Shown: positions 53,620 to 62,572, counted from the stretch's first letter. The stretch: 64,000 nucleotides of DNA from Patescibacteria group bacterium (GCA_034678605.1 JAXDBQ010000039.1:65172-129171), one strand, 5' to 3'. Program-made: numbers and translations. Notes: a model not told the origin generated them from the sequence alone.

Positions 53620-54330
53620 ATGCATACTAAACGATTGGCGACATTGATCGCGGCCGTGCTGACAACGGTCGCCGGCGGCGCGCTGGGCGGGTTGTTGGCG
53701 TTTTCCTATTGCGTCGGTTCATTGTCGTCCGACTGGCAAAACATTGGCAGTTTGTCGGTTTTGCCGTCGGTGGAACGGCATGAGATCGTCATTCAAGAAA
53801 ACAAGGCGCTCAAGGACGCGATCGCCAAGGTATCCGGCGCGGCGATCGGCGTGAAGGTTGTCTCCGGAAAAAGCGCGGCCTATGGGTCGGGGGTGGTTTT
53901 GACTTCGGACGGGCTGGCGGCCGTGCCTCATGATTTATTCCCGCCCGGAGCCAATACCGAAATTTTTACCAATGGCCAAAAAGTTGAATTTGAGGTGGTT
54001 AAGCGCGACAAAACCGCCAATTTGGCGATCTTGAAATTGAAAGCCGCCAATTTGGCCACAGCCGGATTTTATAATTTGGAAAATTTGAAGCTGGGCGAGC
54101 GCATTTTTTTGGCCGGGGTCTTGGCCGACGGCCGCAATTTTGCCAGCGAAGGCATGGTGCGCGATTTTACCGCCGAAAGCATTGCCACCAATATTTTTGA
54201 AAAAGCCGAAGCCGCCGGCGCGCCGGCGTTCGACATCGAAGGCAACATTCTGGGCATTGCCCAGGTGGCCAAATCCGGCCAAGTCTCGATCATCCCGATC
54301 TCCAAGATCAAAGAAGTGAGCGGCTTATAA
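53620..54330 (+). CDS. trypsin-like (S1C) fold protein, probably catalytically inactive
   Basis: It aligns by eye to the htrA core. His is kept (VPHDLF), but Asp becomes Asn (NLAILKL) and GNSGGP becomes AAGAPA. Confidence 0.5.
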   Translation: MHTKRLATLIAAVLTTVAGGALGGLLAFSYCVGSLSSDWQNIGSLSVLPSVERHEIVIQENKALKDAIAKVSGAAIGVKVVSGKSAAYGSGVVLTSDGLAAVPHDLFPPGANTEIFTNGQKVEFEVVKRDKTANLAILKLKAANLATAGFYNLENLKLGERIFLAGVLADGRNFASEGMVRDFTAESIATNIFEKAEAAGAPAFDIEGNILGIAQVAKSGQVSIIPISKIKEVSGL

Positions 54331-54398
54331 TTATCTGAACATTTAATCATTTAATCATACGCTTCGCTGATCATATAATCATCGAAACACTGGAACAG

Positions 54399-54522
54399 CA
54401 TTTCGTAGGGGCGGGCTTTATGCCCGCCCTTTGTGTTGCAACAAAAAGAATGCGGGCGGGCACAAGGCCCGCCCCTACGGAACGAATGCGAATGCAGGCG
54501 AAAACACAGTTTCACTCCTATG
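54399..54522. repeat. GC-rich GTAG REP cluster directly upstream of cassette C promoter
   Basis: It reads cGTAGGGGCGGGCtttatGCCCGCCC ... GCGGGCGGGCacaagGCCCGCCCCTACgg ... aggcgaaaacacagtttcac (degenerate). Confidence 0.85.
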
Positions 54523-54534
54523 GCGAACGTTGAT

Positions 54535-54564
54535 TTGACAGGCGGGAGCGGGGGGGGGTATTAT
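54535..54564 (+). promoter_or_regulatory. cassette C promoter: TTGACA-18 nt (ending G9)-TATTAT
   Basis: The sequence is tgatTTGACAggcgggagcGGGGGGGGGTATTAT. Confidence 0.65.
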
Positions 54565-54582
54565 AAAATAAATTAAAAATTT

Positions 54583-54612
54583 GCGCCCGAGGCGCATCCG
54601 TCCTTTGGCGGA
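54583..54612 (+). promoter_or_regulatory. two-hairpin module in cassette C leader
   Basis: The sequence is GCGCC-cga-GGCGC-a-TCCGTC-cttt-GGCGGA followed by aaaaa. Confidence 0.6.
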
Positions 54613-54712
54613 AAAATTCAAAAGTCAAAATTGAAAGGCAAAAGTAAAAAGTTGGAATTCAATTTTGGTAATAATCGTCAAAGATTAAAACCAATATAAT
54701 CTTTGAAAAAAT

Positions 54713-55180
54713 ATGGAAGGAGAGCCACAATACGAAACTTCTTCAGAATATCTGGAGAAAGTAGCAGATGCTGGCGATGAAGACGCGCATATGGGAGAAG
54801 GAGCGCCAGAGAGTTTGGATTTAGAGAAAATAGATTCGGAAATTTCTGATGTAATAACAAAAGAAGCGGCAGCGAAACTGGAGGCGGGAGAATCTCCTGA
54901 TTCTGTTGAAGTTTATTTGCAAAGGGCAAGTATGCTCAAAAGTCGATTATTCGATTATATTCGAATGACTTGGGAGAAGCATCCGGGTGGTGTGGCCTTT
55001 TCTGTCGGTTGGATAAGTATTCTGTCTCTTTTTCTATGGACGCAACTTGTTGATTATGTACCGGCAGAAACTACTTTGGGCAAAATTATGTTTGCGGTTT
55101 GGGGTGCTGGGTCTTTAGCGGCGTGGCCATTAAATGCGGCGAGGGACAAGGCAAATTCGGAGGGAACCTCGAGAAAATAG
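54713..55180 (+). CDS. cassette C variable protein (acidic N-terminal half, two C-terminal TM helices)
   Basis: 155 aa. The hydrophobic segments are VAFSVGWISILSLFLWTQLV and IMFAVWGAGSLAAWPL. No known motif was seen. Confidence 0.55.
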   Translation: MEGEPQYETSSEYLEKVADAGDEDAHMGEGAPESLDLEKIDSEISDVITKEAAAKLEAGESPDSVEVYLQRASMLKSRLFDYIRMTWEKHPGGVAFSVGWISILSLFLWTQLVDYVPAETTLGKIMFAVWGAGSLAAWPLNAARDKANSEGTSRK

Positions 55181-55373
55181 TTCGAAATTATGTATAAATC
55201 TTACTAGCTATATCCATAGCATATCGGCTTATTAAATCGTTTAATTGAAAATTGTGAAAAAATCTTATCGCAATTGAATGTTTTCATCAGATTCCGTTTT
55301 GCGGGCGGATTTTGGTTGAGTTTGAAAATTTGTTTAAAAGTGAATTTTGTAATTTCAAGAAAATAAAAAAATT

Positions 55374-55742
55374 ATGGAAAATCAACAAATGCAGGAAAAA
55401 TTAAAACAGGTTTACGCGGTACTCAAATTCAGCGAGAAGGAAGCCAAGGATGCGTTAAATGATTTGGCCGGGATTCAGCAGGTGGCGGTGGCCACGGAGT
55501 TGGTTAAAGTGTTGACCGAAGACGAGGTGAAAACTTTAAATGAGCTGGCGCAAAAGTCGGATGAGGAGAAAAAGGCCTTGATGGAGCAAATTGCCAAGGC
55601 GCATGCTGCGGATGAGGGATTTAAAGCGGCGGCCCAGGCCGCGGCCAAAAAGGTGATCGACGAGCACGTAGCTTATCTCAAAACCCGGGGCGACGAGGCG
55701 CAAAAAGCCGAAATCGCCAAAATTCTGGCCGAGATCGGGTAA
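55374..55742 (+). CDS. cassette C conserved ~122-aa helical protein
   Basis: It is near-identical to 41933-42304 (for example LNDLAGIQQVAVATELVKVLTEDEVKTLN is shared). Confidence 0.75.
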   Translation: MENQQMQEKLKQVYAVLKFSEKEAKDALNDLAGIQQVAVATELVKVLTEDEVKTLNELAQKSDEEKKALMEQIAKAHAADEGFKAAAQAAAKKVIDEHVAYLKTRGDEAQKAEIAKILAEIG

Positions 55743-55744
55743 GG

Positions 55745-55906
55745 TATTTGTATTTTTGCATTCGTAGGGGCGGGCCTTGTGCCCGCCCTTTTGCTGAAAT
55801 CGGGTATGGTGTTTGCATTTTGTATTTGTAGGGGCGATTCTATGTAATCGCCCTTTTGGGTTTGAATGCGGGCGAAAGCATAGTTTCGCCCCTACAATGC
55901 AAACGC
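55745..55906. repeat. GC-rich GTAG REP cluster (3 hairpins) directly downstream of cassette C
   Basis: It reads cGTAGGGGCGGGCcttgtGCCCGCCC ... GTAGGGGCGATTctatgTAATCGCCC ... GCGGGCGAAAgcataGTTTCGCCCCTACaatgc. Confidence 0.9.
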
Positions 55907-56007
55907 GGGTGGCTTAACGGACGTGAAGTTTCGATTCTCGTAGAAATAAGGCCATAAAATTGGCACCAAAATCGAAAGAAAAAATAATCAGGCAATAGGA
56001 TATTGAA

Positions 56008-56035
56008 AGTGCACAAGGTGACACCTTGTGGCACT
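56008..56035 (+). terminator. hairpin plus T-run, sequence-related to the GTGTAGCAAGG REP
   Basis: aAGTGCACAAGGtgacaCCTTGTGgCACTttttttg has one bulge. Confidence 0.5.
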
Positions 56036-56073
56036 TTTTTGTTAAAATCGGCAGGATTGGGTATAATAGAATA

Positions 56074-56781
56074 ATGGAAATTCATTGGGAGGGAAAATAT
56101 GTTGCCGTGGGGTTGCTGGCGGTTTTGTTGTCGGCCGGGTTGTTGGTTTTGGGGTCAAAAAGCGGGATGCTTGGAAAGGGAATGGCCAATTTAAGCCAAG
56201 CGGGGAACGGCTGGGTGGAAATAAAGCCGCGGGTGGACAGCGCCACCAGTTCGGTTGCTCAAACCGAAACCAAAAATGAGATAAAACCGGCCAAAGTTGT
56301 CGTTGAATGGTGCGAACTCAAGGGCGGCAAACCAACCGTCGAAAAGCAAATAATTTTCAACGAGATCGCCTGGATGGGCGGCCAAAACAGCTATAGCGAC
56401 GAGTGGATCGAATTGAAAAATGTTGGCGGCAACGAGGTTGATTTAAACGGCTGGCAGTTGCAAAACAAAAACAAAAAGATCAAAATTTCGTTTGGCGAAG
56501 GCGAAATTTTGGCAGCCGGCGGATTTTATTTGTTGGAGCGCACCGATGACGAAACCGCGCCCGGGGCCGCGGCCGACAAGATCTACAAAGGAAGTTTGGG
56601 CAACGCCAACGAGGCGCTTTATCTTTTTGATTCGGATTGCGTTTTGCGGGACGCAGCGGCCGCGACAAGCAAATGGCCGGCGGGCGACAATGCCGCCAAA
56701 AAGACCATGATCCGCTTGCTCAATTTGAATTGGAAAACTTCGTCTGTCGCCGGCGGCACCCCCGGCGCGGAAAACAAATAA
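56074..56781 (+). CDS. membrane-anchored lamin-tail-domain (LTD) protein
   Basis: It has an N-terminal TM segment. The sequence FNEIAWMGGQNSYSDEWIELKNVGGNEVDLNGWQL...GFYLLER is the LTD signature. Confidence 0.75.
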   Translation: MEIHWEGKYVAVGLLAVLLSAGLLVLGSKSGMLGKGMANLSQAGNGWVEIKPRVDSATSSVAQTETKNEIKPAKVVVEWCELKGGKPTVEKQIIFNEIAWMGGQNSYSDEWIELKNVGGNEVDLNGWQLQNKNKKIKISFGEGEILAAGGFYLLERTDDETAPGAAADKIYKGSLGNANEALYLFDSDCVLRDAAAATSKWPAGDNAAKKTMIRLLNLNWKTSSVAGGTPGAENK

Positions 56782-56854
56782 AATTTTGGACAATTTGGGC
56801 GAAAAAGCGTATAAGTAAAATTAAAAGGTATAGGGTTTTGGGAGGTCAATTTTT

Positions 56855-57613
56855 ATGGACAAAAAAATTTTTATCGAACTGGCCCAAGAAATTTACAAAC
56901 TCACGGTTCTTTTTCCCAAAAAAGAGCCATTGCGCTATGAATTGCGCCGGGCGGTTGATGAGGTTATTGCCGAATTTATAAAGGAAAACAACGGCTATTT
57001 TGACGATATCGGCCGCGGGTTTGAATTGATGGAAAGTTATCTTGAAGTGGCCGGCAGCCAGGATTGGGTCGCGCCGGCAAAAATCGCCCAAATCAAAGAA
57101 AAGATTGCGCGAATCGCGCGGGACTGGGAAAAATTCGCGATCGGCAATCGATGGGACGAGAGCAAGATCGAGAAGATCATCCAAGAAACTCAAGAGCAAA
57201 CAATTGATGATGATTTTGGCATAATCGAGCCCGAAATGCGGGAGCCGGATTTTATTTTGATGCCTCAAGAATCAAAATCCGGATTGATCGAATCGTTGCC
57301 GCGCGATTTGATGGAAATCGAAGTGCCCGAGCCGTTGGCGGCGGTTGCTTCCGCGGCGGCGGATGAACCGGAAGCGGAAAGCGAAACGAGCCAAACCGAA
57401 TTAACATCGGCGCAAATCGCCCGCCAAAACCGGATCATGGAATTCTTGAAAGAGCGGGGCGGCGCCCAGGTGTGGGAGATCCAAAAAATTTTTCCCAATT
57501 TGAGCAAGCGCACCATTCGGCGGGATTTTCGATCGTTGCTTGAGCAGGGATTGATCGAAGCCACCGGCGAACACAACACCACCGCTTATAAATTAAAAAT
57601 CAATCTTGCGTAG
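56855..57613 (+). CDS. helical N-terminal domain plus C-terminal winged-HTH (DeoR-like) protein
   Basis: The C-terminus RIMEFLKERGGAQVWEIQKIFPNLSKRTIRRDFRSLLEQGLI is a DeoR-type HTH pattern. The N-terminus is possibly a four-helix-bundle family member. Confidence 0.5.
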   Translation: MDKKIFIELAQEIYKLTVLFPKKEPLRYELRRAVDEVIAEFIKENNGYFDDIGRGFELMESYLEVAGSQDWVAPAKIAQIKEKIARIARDWEKFAIGNRWDESKIEKIIQETQEQTIDDDFGIIEPEMREPDFILMPQESKSGLIESLPRDLMEIEVPEPLAAVASAAADEPEAESETSQTELTSAQIARQNRIMEFLKERGGAQVWEIQKIFPNLSKRTIRRDFRSLLEQGLIEATGEHNTTAYKLKINLA

Positions 57614-57837
57614 TTTGTCAAGGCCATTTGTCTTGATTTTTTCGGGAAATTGTAGTATAATAAATAGGATATGATTGGGTTAGCCGAAAAGCGATTTTCA
57701 ACAAATTTTTTGAGGAGCACGTAAATTTTTCTGCTGAAAAATTTCCTGGTGTTCCGCGCCGGTCGCGCGGAACAGCGCTCCATCAAAAAAATTGTTTCAA
57801 TCGCTTTTAGGGTTGTTTTTTAGAGCAAAAAAAGGAA

Positions 57838-58341
57838 ATGGAGAAGGCGCGGGAACAATTTGGCCGGATCTATGACGATCATGTGGAAAAGATCTATCGG
57901 TTTGTGTTTTTGCGGGTCAATTCCAAAGAGATCGCGCAAGACATAACTTCGGAAACATTTGCCAAGGTGTGGGCCAGTTTCCAAAAACAGCCGGAGGCGA
58001 TCGCCAATCCGCGGGCGTTTTTGTACAAAACCGCCAAAAATTTGGTGGTGGACCATTATCGCGCCAAAGCCAAAAATCAAACTGCACTGCCGGAAAATTG
58101 GGAGGATCGTTTGGCCGATCCCAAGATCGATTTGGAAGGGAAGGCGGTTTTGGCTTCGGACATGGATAATGTGCGCCGCGCCATGGCCCATCTCAACGAG
58201 GATTATCAAAACGCGATCATTTGGCGTTATTTGGACGATTTGCCGATAAAAGAGGTGTCCCATCTGCTTGACCGCTCCGAAGACGCCACCCGGGTATTGC
58301 TCCATCGCGCCATGAAAGAACTGCGCACGAAGTTGTCTTAA
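57838..58341 (+). CDS. ECF-type RNA polymerase sigma-70 family factor
   Basis: 167 aa with region 2 (YRFVFLRVNSKEIAQDITSETF, DHYR) and region 4 (LPIKEVSHLLDRSEDATRVLLHRAMKEL). Confidence 0.88.
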   Translation: MEKAREQFGRIYDDHVEKIYRFVFLRVNSKEIAQDITSETFAKVWASFQKQPEAIANPRAFLYKTAKNLVVDHYRAKAKNQTALPENWEDRLADPKIDLEGKAVLASDMDNVRRAMAHLNEDYQNAIIWRYLDDLPIKEVSHLLDRSEDATRVLLHRAMKELRTKLS

Positions 58342-58396
58342 GAGGGGTGTAACATTTTTGCCGGTTTTGCGTCATCAGCAGTGTAAAGCCAAAATC

Positions 58397-59161
58397 ATGA
58401 ATTCGGAAAAAGAACTCATCAACCAAATAAGAACTTTGAGCAATATCAAACCCGATGAAAATTGGGTGGTTTCGTGCAAAGCGCGGTTGTTGGGACAAGA
58501 GGCGATGGGACAGCGTTCGTCATTCATGGTTTGGTTGAAAAATTTCGCGTTCCAATATCGCGCCGCGTTGGCGGCGTTGGTGTTGGTTTTGGGCGCCGGC
58601 GGCGGGTTGGCGGCCGCGGCGCAAAACGCGTTGCCGGGCGAACCGCTCTACGCGGTGAAAAAAGCAGCCGAAAAAGGCATGGCGTTGGTGGCCGGGCAAA
58701 AAGACGATCCTATGGCGAATTTGCAATTGGCGGCCAAGCGATTGGAGGAAATGAATTTGCTTTCGCAAAAAAACTTGGTCAAAAACTTGCCGGCGGCTTT
58801 TTATGAATACAAAACCGCCAAGGCCGCGGCCAAAAAAGAAGTGGCCGCGTTGGTCAAGGACAATCCCGCGAAAGCCGGCCAGATCATTAAAGAAGCGGGG
58901 ATCGCGATGAAGGAAATCGACATCAAGGAAAAGCAGGTCTATGGCGTGCTGGGGCTGGACGCCGAGGCCACCACCACCGATGACGGCGGGGAAGCGGTTT
59001 TTGACAAAGCCATCGTTGAATCGTTGATGGATTATTTCAAAGACGCCGCCGCGCTTTCCGAGCAGGGATCTTTTGATCTGGCGGAAGTGAAAAAAATTTA
59101 CGAGGCCGGCGAGTATGGCCGGGCGGTTGATTACTATCTGAACAGTTCGTTGAATCGTTAG
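58397..59161 (+). CDS. anti-sigma-like membrane protein (DUF5667-like helical ectodomain)
   Basis: It lies immediately after the ECF sigma gene, with a single TM segment (AALAALVLVLGAGGGLAAAA) and then a helical domain. The family call is tentative. Confidence 0.5.
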   Translation: MNSEKELINQIRTLSNIKPDENWVVSCKARLLGQEAMGQRSSFMVWLKNFAFQYRAALAALVLVLGAGGGLAAAAQNALPGEPLYAVKKAAEKGMALVAGQKDDPMANLQLAAKRLEEMNLLSQKNLVKNLPAAFYEYKTAKAAAKKEVAALVKDNPAKAGQIIKEAGIAMKEIDIKEKQVYGVLGLDAEATTTDDGGEAVFDKAIVESLMDYFKDAAALSEQGSFDLAEVKKIYEAGEYGRAVDYYLNSSLNR

Positions 59162-59382
59162 CGGCAGGATCAAAAAGCCGCGGGAGGGGCTTGCTAATTT
59201 TATAAAAGAAGTTGGCAAACCTCTCCCGCGACCCGCGTAAAAAAAACTGCGCGGGACAAGGGAATAAGAAGTCGCGGATGATCACAGCTTCAAAGCTTTG
59301 GCTGGGATCGTTTAAAGGGTCGGCGCGACCGAAGTTTAAAAAGGTCTATAATATTGACCTCAGTAAAAAAGATAAATAAACA

Positions 59383-61389
59383 ATGACTAGCAAGAAATTA
59401 ATCGCCGGCATGATTGCTTTGGCGATGGCGGTGGCGATTGTCCCGGGCGCGACCCAGGCCGCGACTGCCGAAGAATTGGCGGCGCAAATTGCCGCGTTGC
59501 AATCTCAATTGGCCGGTTTGATGGGCCAGCTGGGAGGCGACACGACCGCGACTGCGGGCACTGTCTCGGCCACCGCTCCGGCGGCGTGCGCGGGCATCTC
59601 GTTCACGAGAAATTTGACCTTGGGCTCGCAAGGCACCGATGTCAAATGTTTGCAAACTATGCTGAATCAAGATCCGACAACCGCGGTGGCGGTGACGGGC
59701 GTGGGTTCGGCGGGTAACGAAACGATGTATTTTGGCGGCTTGACCAAGGCCGCGGTGGTGGCTTTTCAAAACAAGTACGCCGCTGAAATTTTGGCTCCGG
59801 TCGGTTTGACCGCGGGCACCGGTTTTGTGGGCGCTTCCACTCGCGCGAAATTGAACGCGATGTTGGCGGGCGGCACCACCACCGGCACCACCGGCGACAC
59901 CGGCACCACCGGCACCACCGGCGACACCACCACCACTGGCGGTTTGACCATGACCGGCGCCGAAGGCGCGATTACGGTTTCCATCAACCCCAGCCCGGCC
60001 AATGGCGTCAAGTTGTATGAAGGCGACGGAAAGGTATCGGTTTTGGGTATCAAAGTGAAGGCCACCGGCTCGGATGTGGATGTTCAACGGGCAACCTTGA
60101 GATTCGCGGATCAACCGTATTCATACTTCACCAATGTGTATTTGTATGACGGCGACACCGAAGTTGCTTCGGCCGCGTTGAACTCAACCACGGTTTCCAA
60201 AGTGTCTTCGACCAACTATCAGATTACTTTGAGCGGTTTTGCCAGCAAAGTGATCGTGGCCAAGAATGCGGAAAAAGTGTTGACGGTGAAGCTTGATGTT
60301 TTACCGGGCATTTCCAGCGGTTTGTTGACTGCGGGAGTTAAGAACACCAGCATCGGTATGCCTTCGGAAACCGCGGTGCGGGCGGTGGATCAGGCCGGCT
60401 TAAATCAATACGGCGGTGTTGCCTATGATACCGCGGCCACTTATCGGGCGTTTTCGGTGAACCAATCGCAATCGGCCAATGCCACTTTGACATTGAGCTT
60501 GAATGCCAATTCGCCCAAAAAGCGCAATATCATTGCCGACTCAAGCCAGGAACTCAATGGCGTGACTTTGATGGCGTTTGATTTGAAGGCGACCAAAGAT
60601 AATTTGATCGTCGATGAGATCTTGGATGTTGATTTCGGGTCTTCCGGATTGCCCACAACCGCTTATGTGGTTGATGACGGTGGCACGGTTATCGGCACGA
60701 TCACTCCCAGCGCCACTGCGACAAGCAATGATTTCACCGAATTGAATTACACTATTGCCAAGGACACGACCAAGACCTTGTCGATCAAGATCGATGAATC
60801 GGTAGCGGCGCCCGATTCCACCACTCATGTGAGCACCAATGACGGCGATACCTACACGGTGGTGATTGGCAGCGGCAAAATTGGTTTTACCAAAACCAAT
60901 GGAAGCACCGGTACCAGCACGGGCACGGCCACCAGCAACGCGGCTTATGTCTATGGCGAAGGTGCCGAATTGTCTTTGACCAGCATCACCACGACCAACA
61001 CTCAAGCTCCGTTTAGCACGGCCAGCTCCACATTGTCGGCGACATTCAACATCAATGTGGCGGCTAAGAGCGGCGATGTGTATATCGCCAATTCGGGCGC
61101 GTTCACGGTGCACAAGAGCATTGGCGGCGCTACCTCGACAGTTTCGGATGTGACCTATGTCCAGCCGAGCAACACAGTGGCTTCCGGCTCTAACTTCAAA
61201 ATTAGCGACGGCAACAATGCCACTTTCGCGGTTAACGCGACCTTTGCCAACGCGGGTGTTGCCGGAACCTATGATCTCCGGATCGCGGAGATTAAATGGG
61301 GTCATGTAACCGACACTCCGACGGCGGTGACTTCAAGCTTCATGAACGGCGAAGCGGCTTGGATCAGCCCGGCGGTCTACCTGCGCTAA
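59383..61389 (+). CDS. large secreted surface protein with PG_binding_1 domain and Thr/Gly linker
   Basis: It has a signal peptide ending PGATQA-AT, a coiled segment, a PG-binding motif (GSQGTDVKCLQTMLN...GGLTKAAVVAFQ), a TTGTTGDTGTTGTTGDTTTTGG linker and a beta-rich remainder. Confidence 0.7.
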   Translation: MTSKKLIAGMIALAMAVAIVPGATQAATAEELAAQIAALQSQLAGLMGQLGGDTTATAGTVSATAPAACAGISFTRNLTLGSQGTDVKCLQTMLNQDPTTAVAVTGVGSAGNETMYFGGLTKAAVVAFQNKYAAEILAPVGLTAGTGFVGASTRAKLNAMLAGGTTTGTTGDTGTTGTTGDTTTTGGLTMTGAEGAITVSINPSPANGVKLYEGDGKVSVLGIKVKATGSDVDVQRATLRFADQPYSYFTNVYLYDGDTEVASAALNSTTVSKVSSTNYQITLSGFASKVIVAKNAEKVLTVKLDVLPGISSGLLTAGVKNTSIGMPSETAVRAVDQAGLNQYGGVAYDTAATYRAFSVNQSQSANATLTLSLNANSPKKRNIIADSSQELNGVTLMAFDLKATKDNLIVDEILDVDFGSSGLPTTAYVVDDGGTVIGTITPSATATSNDFTELNYTIAKDTTKTLSIKIDESVAAPDSTTHVSTNDGDTYTVVIGSGKIGFTKTNGSTGTSTGTATSNAAYVYGEGAELSLTSITTTNTQAPFSTASSTLSATFNINVAAKSGDVYIANSGAFTVHKSIGGATSTVSDVTYVQPSNTVASGSNFKISDGNNATFAVNATFANAGVAGTYDLRIAEIKWGHVTDTPTAVTSSFMNGEAAWISPAVYLR

Positions 61390-61513
61390 TCGCGCGCTCC
61401 CAATCGTTTTCTCGCGAGAATTATTTTTCGCCAAGAATTGTTTTTTTCAAGAATTGTTCTTGTTAAAAATTATTATTCTTGCCGATTATTTTTCCGCGAA
61501 AAGCGAAACGGAC

Positions 61514-61546
61514 GAAAACCGCTCCCAACTTTTGGGAGCGGTTTTC
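61514..61546 (+). terminator. strong intrinsic terminator
   Basis: GAAAACCGCTCCCA-acttt-TGGGAGCGGTTTTC is a perfect 14-bp stem. Confidence 0.8.
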
Positions 61547-61566
61547 CGTTTCCTTTTCCAAAACCA

Positions 61567-61609
61567 ATATTCAAGTGTAGCAAGGTTTCACCTTGCTACA
61601 CTTGAATAT
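61567..61609. repeat. REP hairpin, GTGTAGCAAGG family, extended 19-bp perfect stem (left flank of RAYT)
   Basis: The sequence is ATATTCAAGTGTAGCAAGGtttcaCCTTGCTACACTTGAATAT. Confidence 0.95.
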
Positions 61610-61656
61610 GTTTGATAAAATTTATATATGGATAAATAATCAAAAATATAAAAATT

Positions 61657-62319
61657 ATGCCCAATTTAAAACGGGAATTTTTAAATGGCGGAATTTATCA
61701 TGCTTTTAATCGCGGCGTGGAAAAGCGCAATATTTTTATGAATGAATCCGATTATTATCGGTTTATTTTTTCTCTTTACGAATGCAACGATGCGGTTTCA
61801 GTGAGGGTGACGCAACGAATCATAAATCGACGTGCGCGAAACTTATCGCGAAGTGTAGCAAGGTTTCACCTTGCTACACTTGATCGCGTGGTTGATGATT
61901 CAAAATTGAAATCTTATAAGAGGGAATTATTGGTTGATATCCTGGGGTTTGTTTTAATGCCAAACCATTATCATTTGATTTTGCGTCAGTTGGCGGAGGG
62001 CGGGATATCATTGTTTATGAAAAAAATGAGCAACAGTTATACCGGTTATTTTAACGATCATTATAAAAGAAAGGGCGTGGGCGCTTTGTTCCAAGGAGCG
62101 TTTAAAGCGGTGCCGGTGGCTGGCGAGGGGCAATTGATGCATTTGGTCGAATATGTTTTTTCCAATCCGGTTGAAATTATCGATCCGGATTGGAAAAATC
62201 GGGGGACGGAAAATCCAAAAGAGGCGCTCAATTTTTTGAAAACCTATAAATGGTCAAGTTATTTGGACAGCGTTGGGATCGATAATTTTCCGTCAGTTAC
62301 TGCGCGTGAATTTTTGTAG
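61657..62319 (+). CDS. REP-associated tyrosine transposase (RAYT; IS200/IS605-like Y1 HUH transposase)
   Basis: It has the HUH motif MPNHYHLIL and the Tyr motif EYVFSNP, and is flanked by REP hairpins. It contains a REP copy in frame, and its TAG stop is followed by 37 more in-frame codons. Confidence 0.8.
   Translation: MPNLKREFLNGGIYHAFNRGVEKRNIFMNESDYYRFIFSLYECNDAVSVRVTQRIINRRARNLSRSVARFHLATLDRVVDDSKLKSYKRELLVDILGFVLMPNHYHLILRQLAEGGISLFMKKMSNSYTGYFNDHYKRKGVGALFQGAFKAVPVAGEGQLMHLVEYVFSNPVEIIDPDWKNRGTENPKEALNFLKTYKWSSYLDSVGIDNFPSVTAREFL
61851..61880. repeat. REP hairpin, GTGTAGCAAGG family, inside the RAYT coding sequence
   Basis: The sequence aaGTGTAGCAAGGtttcaCCTTGCTACACtt is translated as SVARFHLATL. 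Confidence 0.95.
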
Positions 62320-62434
62320 AAAATTTTTGGCGACAACAAAGGCATTGAATCAGGCAAGCAAAAAATTAAAAAATCCGTTCAAGAATGGGTCGAAAACAAA
62401 AGATTTTTAAATCCCAAATTAACATTGGAGTAAA

Positions 62435-62467
62435 CAAGTGTAGCAAGGTTTCACCTTGCTACACTTG
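62435..62467. repeat. REP hairpin, GTGTAGCAAGG family (right flank of RAYT)
   Basis: The sequence is caaGTGTAGCAAGGtttcaCCTTGCTACACttg. Confidence 0.95.
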
Positions 62468-62572
62468 GTTTGTGCGGCGGCGAATTTTGTGTTGTAAAAA
62501 AGAATTAAGATGGGTTATAATCAAATAATTTGGACAATTAAGACAATTGATTTTAATAACGCAACATAAAAT

